DNA of 30,999 nucleotides from positions 1-30,999 of the IMG/VR virus record IMGVR_UViG_3300016665_000461; one strand, given 5' to 3'. The stretch is from a virus. Taxonomy: Duplodnaviria > Caudoviricetes. The position numbers and the translations under genes are program-made. A model generated the notes under the pieces. That model saw only the letters and a list, made by a program, of their open reading frames with translations. It did not search any database and was not told the origin of the DNA. Positions 7,789 through 16,900 of this stretch are shown here, piece by piece. The stretch's first letter is position 1, and every line of letters starts with the position of its first letter.

Positions 7789-8676
7789 ATGGCCAACACT
7801 TCATCATCCTCATCGGCATCAGCGCCACTTGCAGTTACTATTGCAGCAGCCGATAGTGATAAGCCACTGGTAGATCTATCTAATGTAGATGTTACCAAAG
7901 AGTTAAACATTAAAGCGCCTGATCTTAGAGACACAAAGACTAAGATGCTTGATGCCACCAACAAAGCGGCATCACAGGTCGACGAAGCGGCAGACTATAT
8001 TGAGACTTTGATCAAACAGATCAAATATGTCACTGATTGTGAAGTGCTTAAGTTGATTGTTAAGGAACACCTCAAGTCTGTTACTGACGAGATCGATAAA
8101 GCTGTAAAACTACAGACGGATATTAGTCAAAAGTACTTGCCGATTACCAAACCACCAACAACTCCATGGGGCGTAGTGAAGTGGGTAAAGAATCTTATTC
8201 TTGGAACAATTCTTCCACAACTTAAAGCATTTGCTTCACTGGCAAAAGAAATTATCAGACTAATCGGTCTAATGAAGGATCTGGTTGACGCTATCGAGAA
8301 CGCAGCCGAAAGACTTGAAGAATGCGCCAAGGAAATCCAAGACATGGCCGTTCAGGAAATCACCGCAGCCGTTGCTAAAGAGATTGGCGAAGGTCTACAG
8401 AACGTACTCGGTGATACGATGAAAGAGATCAATAAGATCCAGGGTACCATTGGAGACATCGTCGACATCGCCAACACAAAGATCGATCTGTCCAGCCCAA
8501 AGGCGTTTGTTGATTCGGTTGACGATGCTATCACTGGGATTGAGACCGTGGCAAATAAATATATTGAATCGCCAGCACCTGAGCCTCCGGTAGAGATTGT
8601 TGTTGCTGGTGACAAGGAATTCAAGATCCAGGGTGGTACAATTATTAGCGTGACTACGGTTACACCACCAGCATAA
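7789..8676 (+). CDS. Hypothetical alpha-helical protein between gp5 and gp25
   Basis: 295-aa ORF with AAGGA SD; helical or coiled-coil composition. Confidence 0.8.
   Translation: MANTSSSSSASAPLAVTIAAADSDKPLVDLSNVDVTKELNIKAPDLRDTKTKMLDATNKAASQVDEAADYIETLIKQIKYVTDCEVLKLIVKEHLKSVTDEIDKAVKLQTDISQKYLPITKPPTTPWGVVKWVKNLILGTILPQLKAFASLAKEIIRLIGLMKDLVDAIENAAERLEECAKEIQDMAVQEITAAVAKEIGEGLQNVLGDTMKEINKIQGTIGDIVDIANTKIDLSSPKAFVDSVDDAITGIETVANKYIESPAPEPPVEIVVAGDKEFKIQGGTIISVTTVTPPA
8554..8561 (+). promoter_or_regulatory. Putative late promoter AATAAATA upstream of gp25
   Basis: 1 mismatch to consensus; in the 3' part of the 295-aa ORF. Confidence 0.45.
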
Positions 8677-8686
8677 GGAATAATAA

Positions 8687-9106
8687 GTGCCTAAGAAGGA
8701 TTCGTACAGTAGCATAGACAGAAAGTCGGAGCTGTACAGCGATTTTCTAACCGATCTTAATCCACATCCAGAAATGGGTGACGTGGTAAGGTTCACCAAT
8801 GAGAATGCGGTTAAGAGATCAATCAGAAATCTTATTCTTACGAACAAATATGAGAGGCCTTTCCAGCCGGATATTGGCTCGGATATTAACAAGATTTTGT
8901 TCGAGCCTATGAACACTGCCGTGGCAGATGTTCTTCGTCAGTACATCAAAGAAACTATTGAAAACTATGAGCCGCGCTGTCAGCTTATAGATGTTCTTGT
9001 CGTAGGGTACGAAGAAAGAAATGTTTACGTAGTAACCATCATATTTGCTACAATAAATAAAGAAGAACCAACCACGCTGCAACTTTCACTTTATAGAGTA
9101 CGATAA
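8687..9106 (+). CDS. gp25: Baseplate wedge subunit gp25
   Basis: YSDF...HP..GD.....NENAVKRSIRNLILTNKYERPFQPDIGS....LFEP...IENYEPR are gp25 motifs. GTG start with AAGGA SD. Confidence 0.93.
   Translation: MPKKDSYSSIDRKSELYSDFLTDLNPHPEMGDVVRFTNENAVKRSIRNLILTNKYERPFQPDIGSDINKILFEPMNTAVADVLRQYIKETIENYEPRCQLIDVLVVGYEERNVYVVTIIFATINKEEPTTLQLSLYRVR
9052..9059 (+). promoter_or_regulatory. Putative late promoter AATAAATA upstream of gp6
   Basis: In the gp25 3' end, about 46 nt before the gp6 ATG. Confidence 0.55.
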
Positions 9107-10932
9107 TGGCCGCCAATTCAAGTATCATCCTCACTAATCTTGATTTCGAGACACAGAAGAATACGCTTAAGACGTATCTGGCCAGCCAGGACCGCTTCAA
9201 GGACTACGACTTTGAAGGGTCGAACATGAATGTTCTACTCGACATTCTTACGTACAACACCTACATGAATGCGTTCTACCTCAATATGGTAGGTAATGAA
9301 ATGTTCCTAGACACGGCTCAGCTTCGTGACTCGGTCGTTTCTCACGCCAAGGAACTGAACTATACACCACGTTCATTCCGTTCGGCTGAAGCAAAAGTTT
9401 CCATCTCTATTCAGTCAATCGTCTCCGGTAAGAACTCATTGGTCATTCCAAAGGGAACAACATTCTCGTCAAGACTGGCAACAAGAAACTTCACATTTAC
9501 CACCGGTGAGAATCTAGTTCTAACCGGCCAATACCTTGGGTCGGGAATCACAAAGTTTGATTCTGGCGAAGTCACACTCTATGAAGGCGACTATGTGGTC
9601 GACTCGTTTACATACATTCAAGGCCAGAACAACAGATACCTTCTTTCAAATAGAAATATCGATACATCCAGCATCAGTGTTACGGTCATTGAAGACGTTG
9701 CCGCAACCATTGTACCATACCAGAGAGCAACATCACTATTCAATATCGATGCCAACTCAAGAGTGTTCTTCGTTCAGGGCGCTGAAAACGAGCAGTATGA
9801 AATCGTATTCGGTGATGGTGTAACCGGTAAGCTTCCTAAGAACAACTCGGTTGTTACGGTCGAGTACAGAGTCTGTAACGGTGAACTTCCAAATGGATGC
9901 GCCATCTTTAAACCGGATGGCGCGATTGACGGCGAAACGAACGTTGTAATATCCACATCGGTTCCTGCTCAGGGTGGCGCCGTTTCGGAAACCACTGAAT
10001 CCATTAAGTTCAATGCGCCAAGACACTTCACCACTCAGGAAAGAGCGGTTACGACCGAAGACTATGAGACTCTTCTATCATTAAACTTCCCAGAAGTAAA
10101 CGCGGTTTCTGCATATGGTGGTGAGGATCTTAGCCCTCCACAATTTGGTAAGGTGTTTGTCGCTGTTGACCTTAAAGAGGTTGATGGTCTACCAAACATC
10201 AAGAAGGATCAGTACTATAGATTCCTTAAGACCCGTTCACCAGTTTCTATCGATCCGGTTATCGTCGACCCAGACTACATGTACATCTATGTCGAGTCGC
10301 TGGTAAGATACAACGTCAACGTCACTCAGTTGAACTCCGACGATATCAGAACCGCAGCCATCTCGGCAATTCTTGATTACGCCGGAACAAACTTGAACAA
10401 CTTCAATAGAACTCTTAGATACTCCAAGCTCGTTCAGGCCGTCGACGCAGCTCACCCTTCAATCATCTCGAATGAAACCAAGGTAAAGGCAATTAAGTAC
10501 ATCACTCCGACTCCTGGAGCAACGACCAGCTTCGATATAGACTTTACTCTTCCACTTCAGGTTGAAGTTGCTGATATCGCGGTCAACTACAACGAGTATC
10601 AAGATAAGCATTCGGTCGAAACAACATCATTCATCTACAACAGTGAAAAGTGCTACATGGAAGATGACGGTCAGCCAAATGAAGCCGGAATCGGTAAGAT
10701 GAGAATCGTATCTATGGCTCTTGGTTCTCATACTCCAGTTAAAGAAGTAGGTACTATCAACTACAACACCGGGCTTATTCAGCTTAAGGACTTCAGAGTT
10801 GATAGCTATACCGGCGGTAGCATTAAGATTTACGCTGCTACAAAGAGTAGCGATATTTTTTCAAAGAGAAATACGATTCTCAACATTAACGAAACAGACC
10901 TAAATATTCAAGTCGAGCAAATAAGAGAGTAA
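9106..10932 (+). CDS. gp6: Baseplate wedge subunit gp6
   Basis: LDFE..K..LK.YL..Q..FKDYDFEGSNMNVLLDILTYNTY.NAFY.NM..NEMFLDTAQLRDSVVSHAKELNYTPRS and ESIKFNAP....QERAVT..DY are gp6 motifs. Confidence 0.95.
   Translation: MAANSSIILTNLDFETQKNTLKTYLASQDRFKDYDFEGSNMNVLLDILTYNTYMNAFYLNMVGNEMFLDTAQLRDSVVSHAKELNYTPRSFRSAEAKVSISIQSIVSGKNSLVIPKGTTFSSRLATRNFTFTTGENLVLTGQYLGSGITKFDSGEVTLYEGDYVVDSFTYIQGQNNRYLLSNRNIDTSSISVTVIEDVAATIVPYQRATSLFNIDANSRVFFVQGAENEQYEIVFGDGVTGKLPKNNSVVTVEYRVCNGELPNGCAIFKPDGAIDGETNVVISTSVPAQGGAVSETTESIKFNAPRHFTTQERAVTTEDYETLLSLNFPEVNAVSAYGGEDLSPPQFGKVFVAVDLKEVDGLPNIKKDQYYRFLKTRSPVSIDPVIVDPDYMYIYVESLVRYNVNVTQLNSDDIRTAAISAILDYAGTNLNNFNRTLRYSKLVQAVDAAHPSIISNETKVKAIKYITPTPGATTSFDIDFTLPLQVEVADIAVNYNEYQDKHSVETTSFIYNSEKCYMEDDGQPNEAGIGKMRIVSMALGSHTPVKEVGTINYNTGLIQLKDFRVDSYTGGSIKIYAATKSSDIFSKRNTILNINETDLNIQVEQIRE
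10899..10906 (+). promoter_or_regulatory. Possible late promoter variant CCTAAATA upstream of gp7
   Basis: TAAATA core about 30 nt before the gp7 ATG, in the gp6 3' end. Confidence 0.35.
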
Positions 10933-10935
10933 TTA

Positions 10936-13900
10936 ATGCGAGATATTGAAAAGAGTATTTCTCCTCTAGTAGAAAATATGTTCCCTGCCTTTTATAAGGA
11001 CGAGGGACCAAACTTTATTGCGTTCGTAAAAGCATACTTCGAATGGCTTGAACAGCCTGACAATCCAATAGCTGAAGCCAGAAACGTTCTGTCATACAGA
11101 GACATCGATACCACTACCGAGAAGTTCATTCTAAGCTTCAAGGAAAAGTATCTTAAGAACATTCAGTTCGACACCGCCACAAACAAGAAGCTTCTCGTAA
11201 AGAACTCGCTCGACCTGTACAGATCCAAAGGTTCAGAGAACGCTATCGATCTGTTCTTTAAGCTGGTGTATGGTACACAGGCCGAAGTAAGAAACCCTGG
11301 CCTAAACGTACTTAAGCTATCCGATGGTGTCTGGGAAAAGCCAATCTATCTCGAAGTATCCGAGACCGATAGAAATATTGACTATGTCGGTAAGCAGATT
11401 ATTGGTTCGCTTTCCGGCGCGACATCATTCGTTGAGAAGTACATCAAGCGTAAGACCGTATCCGGTTACGTAGCTATTCTTCAGATCTCGAACCTTTCAG
11501 GCGAATTTAAGAAGGGTGAAGTCATTTCTGTGATTCTTAATGGATCACAAAAGACATATGACAACTCACCTAAGCTTATCGGTTCGATGCAGGAAGTCAT
11601 CATTCAGGACGGATCCCGTGGATTCAATGTTGGTGACATCGTTTCGATCGGATCCTCATATGCTGGCCTTGGTGGTCTGGCTCGAGTAACAGCAGTTTCA
11701 GAATCTACCGGTGCGGTGGACTTTATCTTTGTCGATGGTGGTTGGGGATACACCGACACATCGGCCTTCTCTATCGTTTCCGAAAAAGTTTTGTTTGTAG
11801 AAAATGTTGTTGCAGCTCCAAGAGCCGAAACATATTTCTCTCTATTCGAGCAGGTGGTACAGCCTCTCGTAAGCATGTCCTATAATAACGCTGAAATATC
11901 TGTTCAGCCTGGTGACTCGCTTTACCGTGTTGATGTGGCCAATAACATTGTAGCCAAAGCGACGGTTCTTACCGCTAATCAGTTTACAACGACAACTGGT
12001 GAGCTTGTTGTAAGCCCAGACTATGGCGCCATTCTAGCAGATAACGAAGAGTACTTTATCAATAGTGTTCAGTCCGGCGATTCACTAAGAGCCGATGCTA
12101 TCCAGGATAGAACCATCAGCGGTTCTGTGATGGGTGCAACGACAACCTACGATCTGTCGATTACCAATCAGTACGGCACTCTTGCGGTCGGTGATACATT
12201 GTATCAAGTCGGTACCACTGCTGAAGGCACGGTGTCAGCAATTGCATCCACACCGACCGGTAACGTTGTAGTTCTTACAAATTCTACCGGCGCATTTAAG
12301 AACTCATTCGCGACATATTCTCTTCTGGAATCAAACAAAACCTTTGATCCATACACTGATGTCGATCAGACAGCTGGTGTATACACCATTGCCATTCCAA
12401 ATAATACGTTTGCAAACAATGATCTTGTAAAGTATGTTACACCAACCGGTTCAGCAGCAATCTCTGGACTAAGCAACAACTCACTGTACTTCGTTGTTGG
12501 TGCTACAACATCTTCAATCAGTCTTTCTGAAACCAGAGGCGGATCAAAGATTGCTATCCAGAAGCTTGGTGTTGCACCTGGTGCCGATCATACAATTCAA
12601 CTAAACAATATAAACGTCGCGTACGCGCGCGTGAGCGGAAACTCATCGTTCGTATTCGATAGTGCTGACTACATCCTGGTAAAGAATAACACCAACCTCT
12701 TTAAGGTTGGCGACATTGTAAGATATACGACTGATGTTGGTGTTCCAGCTATCACTGGTCTAACTTCAGGTACTGACTACTTCGTGGTTTATGCCGACAG
12801 TGATGGCATTAAGCTTTCGAACAGATACAATGGCACACCACTCTCGATTAGTCCAATTGCCACCAACACGGTAGGACATACGTTCACCGGTAGAATGAGT
12901 ATTCGTGCAAGAACTCCGGCTGGAACCACGGTTCCAGATTTCTATGCAGACTTCGAAGGTGTGAACATGAACATTGGTGTCTATGACATCAAGAGATCGG
13001 TGTTCAATATTAACTATGCATCAGCAAGCAACTCAACCGTTCTTGCATATGGCAACAACATCTATCAGTACGATGGTGATGGCAAGGTAAGCGCATCCGC
13101 CAAGATCGTTACCGTAGAAATCGATTCGATCGACGACACAATTGGTCTTATCAGTGCAGTGCCTACATTCGGTACTATCTTTGAAGGTCAATCCATCTAC
13201 ACCGATGCGAATGCTGCTTCGGCTTCGGTTACCAACCTTTCGAATCAGATCAGAGGTGGTGACTATGTAATCTCTTCCAACACGAAGATGATTACACTTC
13301 GTAACGGTACTCAAATGTCGGTGCCAAGACAGTCAAGCGGCTTTGGAGCTAGCTTTGATGTTACTGGTATCGGTGAGACTGAATCAATCTTTATTAACAC
13401 CGACATCATCAATGCAAACGGTGTATCATTCATCAGCAGCGATAGAACAGTCCTGTCGATGACTAACCCTGGATTTAATGAGGGTGACACCGTAGTTCAG
13501 TACTTGAAGTCTAACTTCCAGGGCAATACTTCCAGTGTTCTGTCGAATGGCTTCATTACGATGACCACGACCGGAATTACTGAAGGATCCGTTCTCGAGT
13601 ACTATGCGGCAACCACACCGATCAAGCTGGTTGTTAACTCTACAGCCTCGGCCAATATTTCCAATGGTACTCAGTTCTTTGCCAAGAATGTAACGGCATC
13701 TGGTCTATCTCTTGTTCAAAATCTAGATGATTCGGTTGTTGCTAACCTTGTAGGTACTGCAGCCAACACAAATCACTTCTTCTTGAAAGTACAAGGAGGA
13801 GGAACCATAGTTTCTGAAACCGGTGGTGGAATTACCGTTGCCGATGTTTATGGCGAATTCAAAGTAACAGCATCCGGCTACGGAAACGTAATGGTGTATG

Positions 13901-16900
13901 GCGCTTCTTCAACGAATGCGGCAATCACGGGCATCACTCAGTCGGCTCCGTCATCGATCATTCAAAAGCCATTCCTAGATACTCCTATCAGATCTTCTGG
14001 TTATGGTTTTGCCAAGAATCCAAACGCAAATCTAAACGATACGATTTTCTCGAGCCTATCGTATAATAAGTTCAATATCGGCACGATTGCTGGTATCTCT
14101 GGAGTTGACCCTGGTTCGAACTACAACACCGACCCATACGTCCTCGTTTACCAGCCATACATCGCTCAGTTCAATAGAAAAGACTATGTGTTTGAGATTG
14201 CCAACATCACTGGTACCTTTGTTGCTGGAGAAAAGATTACACAGTCGACCGGTGCACTAACATTCTACGACCTAGAAGTAAGTGGTGGTGTTAAGGACGC
14301 CGACTATAATGCTATCACTAGAAACATCGATCCAAAGTATGATGTCGATGGAACCAATGAATTCATCTACATTCCATTTGAGACTGCAAAGATCAACTCG
14401 ACCAATGATGTCGGCTCGCTAAGACTTTCTTTCAACTCTCTAACCGATGTTGACAGCGTTCAGAACTTTATCTTTATTCAAAACAGCCCATTCACTGATG
14501 GTGATTCGGTTCTTTACATTAAGGAATCCGTATCTGGCATCGGACTATCGAACAATACATCTTACTTTGTAGTATCGTCGAACACATCGGGAATTAAGCT
14601 TACATCGACTGCTGGTGGTGATCCAATTTCTCTTAATAAGACATTGGACTCATCGACTCAGCACTACTTCTCGAAGACCGTATCCAACTATATCTCGGTT
14701 CAGGATCATGGCTATTCAAATGGCATGATCGTAAGATACTATCGTGATACCGGCAATACGCAGAACATCGGTCTTTCCGATGGCGCACTGTACAAGGTTG
14801 CAAATACTGGAGCATACGGTTTCAATCTTGCCAACGTTTCTACTTCGGCTGTAATAGCTCTTACTCCAGGTGGTGATGAAGATGGTCACACGATCAAGGG
14901 TTACTACAACGGAGCTTCGACCACACAGTTGATCTTCAACAACGGCGACAGAATCCTTTACAACAAGTACGTAACCGGCGATACCGATATCGGTCCGGAC
15001 AACGGAAACACATACTTCGTAATCGCGGCAAATACACTTGGCTTCAAGATTACTACCACTCCTGGTGTTGTTGGTGATATTGTCAACCTATCATCAACCG
15101 CATCGAGCGAAGCTTCACACTACATTGGAACCGTTCCTGGATACCTTGCTGGTGATAGAGTTTACCAAGTTATTGAAAAGGGCTTCAACGCTCAGTCCAA
15201 CGTATCGTCGAATAGAATCACTATCGCAAACAGCCCATTTGCAAACAACGATAGAATTAGATACTTCACTGGCACTGGTGGAACGCCAATCACTGGTTCG
15301 AACAATGCATACTACTATGCGATGAATGCCAATTCATCCGGTCTGCAGTTGAAGTCGACTCTTGGATCCACAACACCAGTAACATTGACAGCAGCTGGAT
15401 CCTCACAGACACATAGCCTCGAGACGATTCCTACGGCTTCAATCTTCAATGTGTACACACAGGACGGAGATAGCTTCGTAAGAATCAATAACCTGACTCA
15501 GACATTCCTTCCAGACTATCAATTGAAGTCGAATACAAACATCTATGTCGACAATAATGTTCTATCGGTAACACCATACAGCGAACTAAAGGTTGCTCAG
15601 GGCATTGTTAAGTCGGCCAACACATCGACAGTTCTGGTCAAGAGAATTAATTTTGAGAATACATTTATTCCAGGTGAATCCATCACGGGTCAGTTCTCAG
15701 GTACAAGTGCAACTCTGATTTCAGTGGCCGAAGATGCCAGCTCAGCTTCGATCGGTGTTAATGCCAACATTGAAGCAAACGTTGTTACCGCAAACGGTAC
15801 GATTACTAACCTCGAAGTTATCGATTCTGGTATCGGTTACTCCAACTCTGAAGTTGTACAGTACACTTCGGCTGACGGATCCAGATCAGGTACCGGCAAG
15901 GTAGTCATCGATGGTAGTGGTAGAAGCCGTGGCTACTACAAGAGCAGCAGAGGTTTCCTATCCAACGATCAGTACCTGCATGATGGCGACTACTACCAGG
16001 AATACTCGTACGAAATTCTTACCAAGGTTTCATTCGATCGCTACCAGGACATGTTCAAGAAGGTCCTCCACGTTGCCGGTACCAGAGTGTTCGGTTCGGC
16101 ACTGGTCATTGAAGAGAATGATAAGCCAATCAATGTAAAGCAGATCGAAACTTCTCAGATCGTTGAGTTCAATCCAAAGCTCGACATCAGCGATAACTCG
16201 ATCGAAGTCGGCATCGAAAATATCAAGAGCAGATTTAACTCGGCATTCATCAATGAAACGACCGATTTCATCTCATTGAACGAGCATCAGTTTGCTGAAG
16301 GTGAAAGAGTAAAGTACATCACTGACACTGGAACCGTTCCAAACATCGGTCTTTCAAACAATCAGTTCTATTACATCAAGAATGCTACACCAACTGGCTT
16401 CTCATTAAGTACAACTCGCGGTGGAAATAAGATTCCTCTTACCGCAACCGGAACAACCAGCCTCGGCCACAATATTCAGTCGTACACGAATCCGTTCAAG
16501 ACCGGCGATCTAGTTGAATACTACACTGACTATAGAACCTTCAACTCGAAGTCTGATGTCGACAACGATAATGACTTCATCCGTCTACAGGACAACATCT
16601 TCGATTCGAACGACTACACGGTATATCAAACAACTCCAGTAACAAGATTCCCAACAAAGGGACTTATTCCTGGAAAGTCATACTACGTACTAGAAGCGAA
16701 TACTGCAGGCGTCAAGCTATCAAATGCTCAAAGATACCTTGGTGCGGTATTCCTATACCCAGACGGTTCGAACGATCTTGAAGTTCACCTGGTAGACTCA
16801 AGAAACTTTGGCCAGGTCGATCTTACAGCAAGTCCAAAGTCTCTACTTCCAATCAAAGAGATTGATCTGTACGGACAGCAGTTAGAACTTCAGGGTGTTG

